Shown here: positions 11,613 to 24,949 of the stretch, piece by piece
How positions within the stretch are numbered: the stretch's first letter is position 1
How the letters are laid out: each line of letters begins with the position of its first letter
DNA from: Lama guanicoe
Lineage: Eukaryota
Direction: 5' to 3'
Assembly: GCA_013239625.1 (NCBI GenBank)
Contig: MU054220.1
Coordinates: 558,026-622,025 of the forward strand
DNA length: 64,000 bases
Notes under the pieces: generated by a model
The model's input: only the letters and a program-made list of their open reading frames with translations
What the model was told of the DNA's origin: nothing
Databases searched by the model: none
Translations under genes and position numbers: made by a program

Positions 11613-12521
11613 CTAATCTTTGACACCAAACTTTTCGTATGGATTTTTCATCTTTGTATTTCTCAGCGTATAGATTAAAGGATTGAACATAGGAGCGATA
11701 ATGGTGTAAAACAGTGCGAATACTTTATCCTCAAGGTAAGTAGTAGGAGGTCTAAGGTAGATAAAGATTGAAGGTCCAAAAAATAAGATGACCACAGTGA
11801 TGTGAGACCCACAGGTAGAGAGGGCTTTGTGCCTTCCCTCACCTGAGTGATTTCTTAGAGTGAATAATATAATGACATAAGAAATAAATAAAACAACAAA
11901 GATAACTAAGAGGATAAGTCCTGAATTGGCAACCACAAGGATACCAGTGACGTAGGTATCAGTACAGGCAATTTTAAGCAAAGGGAAGATATCACAAAAA
12001 TAGTGATCGATTTCATTAGGACCACAAAAAGGCAACCGGACTGTCATAGATAATTGAGGAAAGGAATGGAGGGCCCCACCAGCCCAGCCAGCTAAGACTA
12101 GGAGATTGCATCTCATCCTGTTCATGATAGTCGCGTAATGGAGAGGTTTGCAGATGGCAACATAGCGATCGAAGGCCATGGCAGTGAGAATAAAGATCTG
12201 GATACTGCCAAAGAAGTGCATGGCAAAGACCTGTAACATGCAGTTATAAGAAATGGTTTTTGTTCCCTCTACCAAGTCACTAATTAATTTGGGGGTAACA
12301 CTAGAGGTATAGCAGATGTCCATGGAGGATAAGTGGCTGAGAAAATAGTACATTGGTTGGTTAAAAAGAGGGCTGCATCGAATGGATATAAGGATCAGAA
12401 GGTTTCCTACCAGCAGGGCAACATAACAGAATAAAAAGAGCACAAAGCAAAATATTTGTATATTCTGTTCATAAGAAAGTCCCAAAAGAATGAACTCTGA
12501 GATGTTTCTCTGATTTTCCAT
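11613..12521 (-). CDS. Olfactory receptor family 4, OR4P-like; C-terminal frameshift, possible incipient pseudogene
   Basis: 302-aa ORF with [59 protein letters not shown]; acceptor tttctttcag ends at 12565; 1-nt deletion at ~11642. Confidence 0.9.
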   Translation of the reverse strand: MENQRNISEFILLGLSYEQNIQIFCFVLFLFCYVALLVGNLLILISIRCSPLFNQPMYYFLSHLSSMDICYTSSVTPKLISDLVEGTKTISYNCMLQVFAMHFFGSIQIFILTAMAFDRYVAICKPLHYATIMNRMRCNLLVLAGWAGGALHSFPQLSMTVRLPFCGPNEIDHYFCDIFPLLKIACTDTYVTGILVVANSGLILLVIFVVLFISYVIILFTLRNHSGEGRHKALSTCGSHITVVILFFGPSIFIYLRPPTTYLEDKVFALFYTIIAPMFNPLIYTLRNTKMKNPYEKFGVKD

Positions 12522-13725
12522 ATATTTGAGCTTGGTGTATCATATACACAAATGAATGATGTATCTGAAAGAAATAAAACATAAATTTGTGAAAGTTAAC
12601 AGTACAAACACAATAATAAAAAATTTACTAAAAATAGATTGACATGAATGTAATATTAATGTTATTCACAACTTCTTGAATTAAGCTTCTTTAGTTTTTA
12701 ATTGCTTCTTATTTTATAAATCTATTGTGGGATAGTTGTGTAATGGGAATAATTGTATGCTTTACCCAGTATTACCAGTAATAATTTTAAATATTTAAAT
12801 AATATCTTGAAAATTTAAAACTATTTCTGACCCTTAATTATATTATTTAGCTAACAAAGAAGATTTTATAAAATCGACCTAAGTCAGAAAATGCTTTTCT
12901 GCATATATTTTAAATGTGTATGTCTAATACATAAGGTTAACTTTCCTTTTCTGACCATCAATGGCCAAATTCAGTGGATTATCTGGGAGTGAATTCTCAG
13001 GAAATGTAAATGTGTATAAACTTCCCAGCCTGAACTGCTCAACTTTGATTCTTACAGAGCACACTTTTTGTTGCTGTGTCGTCAAACATTGCCAATGGAT
13101 CACATTAAACCAATGTAATTACTGTTATATTAAAAAGCAAAGAATGTTTAAGAACTATACCATAGAAGAAAGAGTATCATTTAATGACTAAAATTGTAAA
13201 AAAATAGCAATTTTAAAATTTATCTTATTTACATTTCATGTGGAAAGACAATTTAAAAAATATACAGTCATTGATGTTTGTGACGGCAGTCATTAAAAGA
13301 TAGATGAAATAATGAAATTGCCCAAGTATTTCTGACTTTTGCATATGCCATGACTTTTGCTAGAAATTACTGTGGTTTATTTATGACCTAAGAAACTAAT
13401 GTCAATCCAAAGAGATGATAGAGAAGGTGGCTTCAGATCAACTTTGGGTATATGTGGTATATGTGACAATAAGGCTGCACACAGTGGGATATGTGACAAT
13501 AAGGAATACATGAAAAATTGACAGTTATGCATCTTACATAACTCGTGCATAACCTTAAGATATTATGTAATCAGAGCAAAATGAGTGAAGGATAGAGACA
13601 ATGAACTTCCAGGAATTATATTGCTCATCGGTGAGGAATTATCTGCCTTAATTGGGTTTGCAAAAGCTAGCATACCTCCTATCTTAGTCTGGGTCTGAGG
13701 TAACAGTCAGATCTGTGCCCCCAGA

Positions 13726-14357
13726 TGCGGGGGGCCACTCATGACCTGAGGACTGCCGAGCACAGAAGTTGGGCCTAAACTCCCACAGTGCAGGGCGTCA
13801 GGCTCTGAGGTTGATCTCTCAAGGACAATCTCTGTCCCGCCACCCCTTTGAGGAATGTGCCAGATGCATTAAGGCCTGAAGGAACATCCTGAGCTATCAA
13901 GTCACTAAGGACCTTTGGAAGGAGAGATGCAATCGGCATGCAAGTTAGTGATCTTAGCCTGAAGAACAATCACCTGAGATAATAGTACATGAGTCACGAT
14001 GTTAGCTTAGAGGAACAATGCCTTAGTTTATCATCTTGGTTCCAGGAACTCTTAATCTTAGTTTTACGAGAACTGTAAACAATAATGATGTCTGTAACAA
14101 TATACAAGTTAATGATTTTAGTACACGTTGTTAATGTGCCTTAAAACAATACCTTTGCCTACATGCAGGAATGTATGAGCTAATGGGTTAAAATCATATA
14201 AATTAACTGCAAGAAATAAACTCGTCGTCCACTCTTGACCTAGCGTCTTGCGGGCTAGAGTGAGACCCTCTCAACCCCACCTTTTAGTCTTGTCTTTCTT
14301 TCTCAGTCCTGCAGCACAGGTTTTCTGGACCTGATCGATTGTCGGCTGGCTCCGACA
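13726..14357 (+). mobile_element. Class II (ERVK-type) solo LTR, 632 bp
   Basis: TGCGGGGG...TCCGACA with perfect 6-bp TSD cccaga (13720-13725 and 14358-14363); TATAAA at 14197, AATAAA at 14215; many intact CpGs. Confidence 0.9.
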
Positions 14358-16057
14358 CCCAGATGTTTATTTAAAAAATTGTTTTGTAGCAAGTCTGTCT
14401 TGAGATTATCAAGTCTAGTAATTCTCAAAATCAATATCTATGTGTTTTAGTCTTCAAGACTAGTAAGAGGTGTCATAGAGTTAACAGGTGGCATTTAAAA
14501 AATGCTCTATACTGTGGAACATCCATTCTCTTTTAAATTGAATTCAAACGTCTAAATTCACTAAGGGATGATTTTCAATTTGTTCCTATGTTAAGAATAG
14601 CCATCAGTCACAGAGTGTTGCTCTTCGGTTAACCTTAACTAATGTGAGCCCTGAAAAGGTTTAGAGGGGCTGAGGCTCCACCTGTCTTCTACTTACTGCA
14701 ACTGAAACTGATGTTTTGTCAATCACATAAAAATCATGTTAATTTTTAAGATAATTTGTCTACCTAAAACAATTTGGTGTAAAGATTTTTATGTAAGTAG
14801 ACTGTGAACAATTTAATAGTAGAAACCACCTGACTAATCTGAATCTCTGATTTTAAGAAGAGGAGACTCTTATCAAGAGAATCTAAGCCATTTCTCGGGG
14901 CTGGAAGATAACACACTGTGAATACGAGACAACACATCTGACTCCCCCTCACTCGGGGCTACATTTCGTATCTGACTGCTGAGAGGGACGTGGGAAGGGC
15001 GTCATGGAGGGCAGCAATGGAAACATGATTTTGAATTCCCATCTGAGTAGAAGAAGATGGGCAGGATGTTGGGTTATCAGACACTCAGTTTGTCTTCTGA
15101 ATATTTATATATGTAAAGAGATACAAAGTATTTCACAGAAGTATGCATTCAAGAACTCTGATTCTAAAGCATTTTGGGTTAATTTTCTTTCAGTTTTAGC
15201 TAAGTGCAAATTTCTTATGTCAAGATTCCTGTTTGGTTTCTAGATCATCATTGGCATTTTATCTCCAAAAGCTCTTCAATCTCCCATCCTGTAATCTGAG
15301 GGAACTTGCTATATGATCAGGGTTGTTAGCCGAGGGAAAAGGGAGAGGAGAATTACTGTCATATAAACTACATTTTGATCACAGAGATACTAAGGAAAAC
15401 TATGTAAAAATCAAAGTCAAAACTAAAAGTATCACTGAAAGCATGGCTAGCTCAGTGGCAACAGAGAAAGATGTGGAAATACTAAGGAATGCTAAGGAAA
15501 CTGGCCAGTGTCATCCTTGAATTAAGTACTTAATCTCTTCAAGCTTCATTCTACTCATTTTACAATTATGGCATCATAACATCATCCACATTTCTAATGA
15601 GGACTACATGAGGTAATGTGAAATACCGCAGTGACGATGTGGTACATGACGCACACTTTTCTGTTACATACAATCTCTTCTCTTTAGTGATTAGTGCAGA
15701 AATTTAGTGCACATATATACAATCAACACAAAAGGAAAAATAAAGAAAAAAGTCCAAAAATTCCCAACACGGTTTTAATAACTGATCACATAAACTTTAA
15801 TTTCAGCTATCTATTAGTGTGAACCTTTAAGCTGGTTTAATGGGATTGTTCCTCTTAAGGAATGTTTAATCTTACTCACTAGCTAGATTTTTTTGCATTC
15901 GAAAAACATAAGTCAAACTTTTTGGTAGTACATAATAAAACTTGAGTCCCCTTTAGTTTAAGCTATTAGCATAATAATAGAAGCTCTTATATTTAAATTA
16001 AAATTTCCACTGCATATCAAACTTCTTTTTAATGTATCAGAATGTAGCATGGTATAA

Positions 16058-17110
16058 ACCTACCTTAGTTAATTCAAATGAAACTAGTCTATTTCAGGAT
16101 GACAGATGTTTTGAAATATAGGAAATTCTTTATATTTGTAGATATTCAAGTGTAAACTGGATTTTTCTTAATAGTAATATAAAGAAATGCATATAAACAC
16201 AAAATTGGGAGACAATAAAATTCACTGTCAATTAGAAAATGTTTTAACTTTAACTCTATTGCTATTATCAAGAACTTTGCTTATATATAAGGCACAATTA
16301 AAACTACAATATGGTAAAAACATTTTTATAGTTATCAAATTATCATACGCTGTAAAATGGTAACCTTTAAATAAAATTATATAGAGTAAATATAAAGATA
16401 ATATAATTAGCTTAGCACATGGTTGGTGGGGCCCTTCCCAAACCAAGGTGACATGTATAATTTACCACCATCAGATCTGAGTGGTTATCAGGCCAGGATT
16501 AGGATACACTAGAAAGAATTCTACCCCAGATATTCACTCTGCCAATTTATCTTCAGTATAAAAATCTGCAATAAAATGTACAGAATTACAAGCCAATAGT
16601 TCAAACACAGCCAGATTCATTCTCTGAAAATATTTTGGAAATCTCAACACATCTTAAAAACTTCTTCAGATCTGCAAGGGAAGTGGACTACAGATATGCA
16701 TTAAAATTATCAGCCATGCCAGAAGAAGTAGGTCTTCATGCCCCAGGAAAGCAGGCTATGAACTCTGAATGCCCATTTAATGACTCAATACTAATTCACT
16801 AAAAAATAAACAGAAAATGTTTTAAAATTCCTACAAAAGCCAATACAGGTATTCAGGCCCTAGGAATCATCTATTTTATGCCTATGCCTAAAGCAAATTT
16901 GGTTGGGAAGAACAGAATAGAAACCTAAGTGACAACACAGAAATTAATAGGTCTTTGAAATAATTGTATTCCCAAAGGTGTTTCTCAACAGATCCAGGAC
17001 AAATGTTGCTAAGCCCCTGTCCATGGTGATGCCCTTGCTTCCCCTGGGTGTTTATTTTCTACCTTTACCTTATCTTGTCTCAGGCAGCATTACCCTGGAG
17101 GCCCAAAAAG
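16058..17110 (-). promoter_or_regulatory. Putative 5'UTR exon and promoter of the first OR4P-like gene
   Basis: Donor aag|gtaggt (16058-16066) conserved in the paralog; O/E(EBF)-like sites (ccctaggaat, ttcccctggg, taccctggag) and taatt motifs in a paralog-conserved block. Inference. Confidence 0.5.
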
Positions 17111-18449
17111 GCTATAGTCAGAGCAGTTCAGGAGACTGACTGCTCTGTGCTCGTCCAGCTTTCCGAAGAACAGGAGGGAAACTGATTTAGCCTGTAATCA
17201 TTTTAGGTTAGCTTTTAGGAAAATCTGAGATGAGGTAGGACAAAGACAACCAAATAAGGGCATTTACATTCCAAGTATGGACCATTTTCAAGATCCTAGG
17301 TGTGCAGGATAGATAGGTCAGTAAAATCCATGACTTTATCGTTGTAATTGGTGCAGATGTACTTGTTTCTTGAGTCTAATGTTGCTGGGATAGATGGTTG
17401 GGGAACAGAAAACAATGTAAACAAAAGATTAAAAAAAATTCTCATAATCATAACCTTGGCATGATTAAGTGAAAAAGAGATGGGAAAACCAGACAAAGAG
17501 AGCACTCAAAGTACAGCAAAGCCTTCACCCTGTTCACCATTCTGTTCTTTTCCTTGTCACTGAATATTTACAGGTTGTTTAGACCTGGCTCCATCTGCAC
17601 ACACGGAAGTTCATTGAGTCTCCCTCTCTGCCCCATATGCATAAGTATACATTATTTTTCATGCATTTAAAACCTAAGAAAATCAAAATTTGTATATCAA
17701 ATCTGGTTGAATCAAACTATGCATAAAGATGCATATGTTGACATAAGAATTATTACTTCTGGTATGCATACAACAATACAGTTGTTTTTGAAGTTTAAAT
17801 AACAAACTCAAATAGCCAGTAAGCAACAGAATCAAGAAAATGGGTATTTTTCTAAGTTCAGTGCTTGCTTCCAGGCTTTGAAAACTTAGTATCCCTGAGT
17901 AAGTGAAGTATTTCATCACTACAGGCAAGTATGTCTGGCAATCAATGATGCATAAGGGCACTAGGAATCAAGCTTCATGGAAGAAAATCCAATACATCCA
18001 AATTATATGGAAATAAGGATATAAGAAATAAAGGAATGATGTAACTAACAATCCTAAATAGAGAATAGAAAAGCAAATCAAATGTTGCTTCTTGAAAGAG
18101 TAAATCAAACTCAGAAAACTTTGTTAAGATCAATTAAGAGAAAAAAAGAGATAACAGAAAAAATAAACACATATTATCAATGGAGAAATGAAACGTATTT
18201 CTGCTACTAGTCAAAAATTGTACAAAAATGTTGAAAATAGAGTTGGGAAATGTCTACCCAAGCTCCACGTGCTATTTTCCAACAATTCTATTTCTAGGCA
18301 TTTATTTATGATACTATAAAACTGCATGACTAGCCCCAAGTGACATTAATGAGATATAGATACATAGTCATAAGACATGGAATCATACCTGTGATTAGAG
18401 ACATAACATGTTGCCCGAGCATGTGGTTCACACTTAGAGCACCCTTGTT

Positions 18450-18930
18450 GTAAGAAGTTTCAAAGAGAAGATGAGAAAATTAAGCTCAAGTAGGGAAAAA
18501 TCATTTATCTTTGGACTTAAAGTGAGATTATATAATCATTTCAGGGTCATAACTCCAAAATTCTAGAGCCGGTTTTCTTACTACATGTACCTGTGTGAAG
18601 GACGTACACGGGGTAAGAATCCTAGCACCCTGGACAGGTCAGGAATGAGGAGAGTAAATGTGCCAGAAACCCACTTCCAAGGGCCTAAAGACAGTCATGT
18701 GAAACCTCTCAACCACCTACACGACCCACCAAGAACTAAAACGGGACTTCACGTGGACCATGTGAAAGTCAAGCAGCCAGACCACCATAAACGGTTCTCT
18801 CTCACCGGAGAACTTAGATTCCTGGCCAACATGATGCATCTGGCACATCCCAGCCCTCACAATCACCTGATTGTGAGTATATATTCGATTCTGTGGTTCT
18901 GATAAAGGAACTGGACTGAAACGTGGAGAC
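18450..18930 (+). mobile_element. Probable old LTR fragment (family not identified); related sequence at ~53290-53535
   Basis: Shared block tagggaaaaa..tatctttgga.ttaaagtgagatt.tataa.catt..agggtca in both places. Confidence 0.4.
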
Positions 18931-20194
18931 TCAACTTCTAAGAAAGACCCTCTGATATATTAGCTGCTAGTCCAGTCTTCCTTGTGGTGCACCCAATTCA
19001 GGTTTAGTAAAAGTTTTAGAACATGAATAAAATATGACTATTTTTGCACAATCAGATGAAGCAGCCGATCTGAAATATACATCAGTGTGTTCTGGGAAAG
19101 TTCATAATGTAGGTACAGAGAAAAGGACAAACTATTTGGGGTGGGAGGAAGATTGTGTTGAAATACCCAGAACACAAGACACCACAATTCTAAGCCTCAC
19201 TCAGGTGCTGAAGAGAATGCTGGAATAGCCCAGATGTGTATAAATTAGCCCTCTCTGCAGATACCTAGAGACAGGAATAAAGCTGGGGAAAAGGGAGCGG
19301 GCTGGGAAGACTTTGAGGCAGGGAGTAACATAAAACCCCATCATTCACAGTTTTCACCTCCAATACTTCCCTTAGGTCCCATCCAAGACTTCTAGACTTC
19401 TCCCAGCCTGGAAGCTGACAGTCTTGAAGCTTAAATGATGGCTCTCTGTATTATGATTGTTCCTAAGCAGATCATGGTATTCTTTTAAATAAAACTCAGT
19501 AATGATGGATTTTTAAATTACCAACATCTATGGTTGTAAATGTGTAATTTAAGAAAATATCTATGTAAATGAATAGATTTTTAAAAACTGTAATTTACAA
19601 CCATAAATATTTCTTAAGTATTCTATGTTTACAATCACATACTAACAAAACATTTTATCAGGTTCTTCCATACATTTACTTAACAGATGTTTTGAGGATA
19701 TTAGGCTTCGTGCTACAGGCTGGATAGTGGATCCTAGAAAGAACACCTAGCATGTAGATAACTAGTCTTAGTTTGCATGTGGGCTTATATTATATATTCA
19801 CTATAGTTTTGACAGTTTGCAAACCTTGAGGAAAGGAAAAATAGAACTTGATAATAAAAGGCTGCTTGGCTTTGTTGCACAGCCTTCTTTGTGATGGGAT
19901 GGGAATCTCCCATAATCCTAGCGCAATATCCCAAAGACCTCCCCCCATACCACACACACAGACAAAATCATCACACACACACAGCACAGGTATACACATC
20001 ACATGTTTATACTTTAAAAAAAATCCAAATGTTTCAGAAAATATTACATGAAACCTGATGAAACTGAACTATGAAAAGCTTGTCAAAACTGATTTCCTAT
20101 AGAATGAACAGAATGTTTTCTCCTCATATTCCAGAAGTTTAATGACTCCAGGAAATAAAAATAAAAAGAAAGAAAATTTATTAGCTAGGTATGT

Positions 20195-20420
20195 GAAAGG
20201 TTTGGTTGACCTGAAACAAATAGACCACCAGATATTTTTCCAGAAAGGATGAGTTTATTCAGGATCAACAGAGAATTGCAGTTTGAGGTCTGCAACTATG
20301 ACTAGTCATGTGCAAATCCCTGCAAAATAATGGGAAGGAGAACACTTTAGAGAAAGGAAAAGGAAGTTAGGAAGGCTATAGGAAATAAAGAGTTCACAGC
20401 TTTTCATTGGCTGAGTCCCT
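20195..20420 (-). mobile_element. Probable ERV1-type LTR fragment
   Basis: Antisense polyA signal (gagtttattcagg), CCAAT box (cattggctgagt) and LTR-like composition. Confidence 0.4.
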
Positions 20421-20606
20421 TCAGGTTATAGTGGCAATTCAGTCAAGAAAAATGTGTGAAAGCAATGCAGTCATTTGACTGAGGAAAAAAGTGCCTGGGC
20501 AGAGAGAAATGTCTAGTCATACAGGAACCAAAGCAAGAGGCTGAGACTGGGTTATGTGATTCAATGGGCAGGAGGGTAAACTATACTCAGAATAGTAGTG
20601 TCACCT

Positions 20607-20708
20607 CTGTTCTGAGTGAAGTGAGCCAGAAAGAGAAAGGAAAATACCATATGATGTTACTCCTATGTGGAATCTAAATAGAAAGAAAGAAAGAAAAAAG
20701 AAAGAAAG

Positions 20709-20739
<31 letters not shown>

Positions 20740-21100
20740 AAGAACAAAGGACACTATGAACTCTTCTACAAAACAGAGACAGACTCACAGACATTAAACA
20801 ATCTTGTGGTTAACAGGGAAACGGGGGTGGGAAGGGATAAATTTGGGAGTTTGAGATTTGCAAATGTTAGCCATTATGTATAAAAATAGATGAAAAAGTT
20901 TCTTCTGTATAGCACAGGAAACTATGTTCAATATTCTGTAATAACCTTTAATGAAAAGGAATATTAAAATGAATATATGTATGTATATGCATGACTGGGA
21001 CATTGTGTTGTACACCAGAAATGGACAGATTGTAACTGACTATACTTCAATAAAAAAATAAATAAACAAATGAACTGAAACGCTAAAATTGGGTTAAAAA
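20607..21100 (+). mobile_element. 5'-truncated artiodactyl-type L1 3' end
   Basis: ctgagtgaagtgagccag...tgtggaatctaaa...acagactcacagac...ctgtatagcacagg...aataaaaaaa; TSD aatagtagtg(tcacct/cctcct) at 20591 and 21101. Confidence 0.88.
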
Positions 21101-21239
21101 AATAGTAGTGCCTCCTTAATGCATTAAATAAGTAAAGACATAGGGGTGTTGAGAGCCTGCTGAATTCCGTTCATTCCATGAATGGAACATGAGAATATTT
21201 TACATTTTTAGCCATTCTGACATTCCTTTTTATTATTAT

Positions 21240-22442
21240 TAATGCATGACTGTTAATGACATAAGGAAGAGTTCTAGATATGTGAGAACAAGGTATGCAG
21301 TCAAAGAAAGAGAAACAATAGAATCTTTGTATTTAATTCAGTATCTTAACTTGTGCCAAATTTATTGCTAGAAAAATAAGAGAGAAAAAGAAAATAAAGA
21401 CATGGCACATAATCGCCTGTCACAATCATATTAGGAAAAAAAACTCAGTTCATAAGAAAAAACACTAATATAAGGCGTCAGGTTATTTGAAGAAGATTAA
21501 ATGCACAGCTGAATGGCAAAGAAGGAACAAGGAAGGAGTCAGACATACTTCTACTCTGCTGATGGATCTGCAAAATCTTCCTGAACAAGATAATCCCTGA
21601 AGTGTGAATTATATGTAAGATGTGGACCCTACGGCAAACGGGGTGGGGGATCCTAAGCAAAGACAAAAGAAAAAACACTCACTGAGGTGAAAGATTTTAG
21701 AATGTATTTAGAGAATGTCGGGGGTCCAGTGTAGCTGGACAAAAGCATCTAGCGAAGGCAAGTAAAGGGAAAGAGAGAGGGAAAGAGGAAAAGCACCTAA
21801 TGAGAAATGCTGGTGGCCACACGCCGTGCTAAAAATTCACACGTATTAGCCGAAGTAGTATTGCATCTTCATAAACTGTAATATTAAACCATTTCATGGA
21901 TATTTTTTAAGCGGAGACCTGTAAGTAAAGCAAATTGCCAAAACCAGGAGATAAATCTTGCAGAGGTAGTCGTCACCCAGATCTCCCTGACCCCAAAGCC
22001 TTATCACTGTAACACCATACTGTCTTCCCATGTAGTGACTTCTGACGTTAGCAAATTAGACTTGGACCAATATTGGGACAAATATTTCGGACAAACAAGA
22101 AGAATGGATTTCATCACAAGGTAAACAGTATTCCATACAAATTTATTGGCGGGGGTGGGGGAATTGATATAATCAGCAGTGTGCTTTAGGAGAGCATTTC
22201 TTAAATTTCTTGAATCCAAGAGATCACACCAGGAACTAGTCGGACACTACAGTGCAGGCGGCAATCTGAATCACACTAACTTGCATCTTTGGCTCATACA
22301 ACGCCAGAAGTTATTTGGTCCAACTCCCCAGAGAAAGCGTATATGCTTTTTCTAACACCTCAAATGATAAATGCCCTGGCGACACAGGATTGAAAGTACA
22401 AAAATATCATTTTATTTACTTAAATTCTGAATGTGCCATTTA
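21240..22442 (-). pseudogene. 3' remnant (last ~8 codons plus 3' flank) of a paralog of the OR at 32598-33527
   Basis: Colinear with ~31440-32625; 22416-22439 reads MAHSEFK* versus VAHSDLK*; homology stops at ~22442. Confidence 0.85.
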
Positions 22443-24031
22443 ATTTTCTTGAACTGTTGTTCATTCAGTTCTATTGGCACAATTATCACATAGCATCCTG
22501 TAAGTGTAGGGTGTGTATGTGTGCTACAAATTGAGAGAACTCTGTGTCCTCCTATAGAGGACGGTGTTCTAAGATTATATAATATGAGTTTAAGAAACTT
22601 CTAGGACAAGAATAATGACAACCGTCACCATCCCTAGAATTAGCAATCACTAAAATATTAACAACATAAATATCTTTGCACGTAGGTTCAAAAAAGGCTT
22701 CATACCTCATAAGTAGTGAACTATCTTATTAGGACCATAGAAAGTTAAACTGAGCAAATTTGGTAAAAATAAAACATTAGATAAAGGGTAAAGATGGAAC
22801 TCCTAGTTACTCTGAAACACATGACTCTTTTTCTTTGATGATGGAAGCATAAAGCATCAATCCCTTTTAACACCAACTGGCCCCATCTTGATTCCTTTCC
22901 TTTGATTCATCTCTTCTTCCTTTTTTTTTTTTTTTTTTTTTTTATGGGTTCTTCAATCCATGTGCCCATTTAAATCAGAAGGTTTTATTTTTCTTTCTTA
23001 AATGATGAAAAACAACTTGGTAATAAAACTTGACATTTTCAAAAGCTTCCCCTCAACCATTTAAACTTTGCCAAATGGCCTGTGATGTTTTCTTCAGAAG
23101 AGAATTTACAATCTGGCAATATTTTTGTTTCATGAGTAGCCTGCCAAAATAGCAACTTGTCTAATTACTCTCTGCTATGAAAATTCTATTTAATTAGATC
23201 TCCCTCATTAATCTTCCGCTCCTTATCCTCTGTGTAAATTACTTTTTTAACGGTTTTAATTTGTGTATTGCATTTACATAGCTAGAAGTGTTTGTGTGTT
23301 TCACTCACCCTGTTCATATGATCCCATTCCCCATTTTCTTTTGTCTTATGGTGTTTGCTGTGTTTTCTAATAGATTGTTTTTATTTTGCATCCTACTATA
23401 GATTCAACTAAATACATTTTATAAAATAATTTTCAGGTTTCTCAGATGTCTCCTCTCCATGACAGTCACATAGATAATTCACTATTGCCACTCATTTCCA
23501 AGACTTGTGTCACAGTATTTTTTTATTGTAGTTTGTTTGATCCCTTATTTCTTTTTTGTTTGTGTTTTTCTCATATGACAGGAAAGGTTCTGAATCCAAT
23601 AACTTGTGATTTTCCTACTAACTTATTGCATTTTATGGTTCAGTTCCTTTACTAATTAAAAAACAGTTCTGACCTCTGGGCAGAAGGGAAGTGAATATGT
23701 TTTCAATCTTTGAGTAACTGATTTCATTCTATATTTTCATTTTTTCCCTCTGATAGGAAGTCAAGGGAGTTAACATCAAAGAATTAATTTAAATCAAATT
23801 CTGTTACACAAACTTTTTGTCATGTAACTTATTTCTAAATACCTATCTGAAAACCCCACAGATTTAACTAAATGTCAAGCTTATTCTCTGTATGGTTGAA
23901 TAAGTATTTCATTCATAGTTACTAAGTCCTTATGTCTGTCATTTATGAAATGATAACAAGGGAACAATTAATCTGTGAGATACAGTCTAGCTCTCTGATT
24001 CCACATTTAGCTGCCCCCACCCTTTCTTTTT

Positions 24032-24949
24032 TTATAAAGATGCTTGAAACCAAACTTTTCTTATGGCTTTTTTCATCTCTGTATTTCTCAATGTATAGAT
24101 TAAGGGATTGAACATAGGTGCAATGATGGTGTAAAACAGTGCAAATACCTTATCCTCAGGGTAAGTAGTAGGAGGTCTAAGGTAGATAAAAATTGAAGGT
24201 GCAAAAAATAAGACGACCACAGTGATGTGAGACCCACAGGTAGAGAGGGCTTTGCGCCTTCCTTCAGCTGAGTGATTTCTTAAAGTGAATAATATAATGA
24301 CATAAGAACAAAATAAAACCACAAATGTCACTAAGGCCACCATTCCTGAACTGACAAGCATAATGTCACCAGGGATGGAGGTATCAGTACAAGCAACTTT
24401 TAGCAAAGGAAAAATATCACAAAAATAGTGACCTATTTCATTAGGACCACAGAAGGGCAACTGGATTATCATAGAAACTTGAGGAAAGGAGTGAACAGCC
24501 CCACCAGCCCAAGCAGCTGAGACTAGAAGATTGCACCTCATCCTGTTGATGATGATCATGTAGTGGAGAGGCCTGCAGATGGCAACGTAGCGATCAAAGG
24601 CCATGACTGTAAGAATTAAGACTTCAATTATTCCAAAGAAGTGCATGCAAAAGACCTGTAACATGCAGTTACCATAGGAAATGGTTTTCCTTCCCACCAG
24701 CAAATCACCAATTAATTTGGGCGTAACGCTGGAGGTATAGCAGATATCCATGGAGGATAAGTGGCTGAGGAAATAGTACATTGGTTGGTGAAAAAGAGGA
24801 CTGCACCAAATGGAGATGAGAATCAGAAGGTTTCCTACCAACAGGGCAACATAACAGAGTAAGAAGAGCACAAAGCAAGATGTTTGTACGTTCTGGTCAC
24901 TAGAGAGACCCAGAAGAATGAATTCTGAGACATTGCTCTGGCTCTCCAT
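24032..24949 (-). CDS. Olfactory receptor family 4, OR4P-like, intact
   Basis: 305-aa ORF with all OR motifs ([53 protein letters not shown] as in OR4P4); acceptor ttcttttcag at 24995. Confidence 0.93.
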   Translation of the reverse strand: MESQSNVSEFILLGLSSDQNVQTSCFVLFLLCYVALLVGNLLILISIWCSPLFHQPMYYFLSHLSSMDICYTSSVTPKLIGDLLVGRKTISYGNCMLQVFCMHFFGIIEVLILTVMAFDRYVAICRPLHYMIIINRMRCNLLVSAAWAGGAVHSFPQVSMIIQLPFCGPNEIGHYFCDIFPLLKVACTDTSIPGDIMLVSSGMVALVTFVVLFCSYVIILFTLRNHSAEGRRKALSTCGSHITVVVLFFAPSIFIYLRPPTTYPEDKVFALFYTIIAPMFNPLIYTLRNTEMKKAIRKVWFQASL

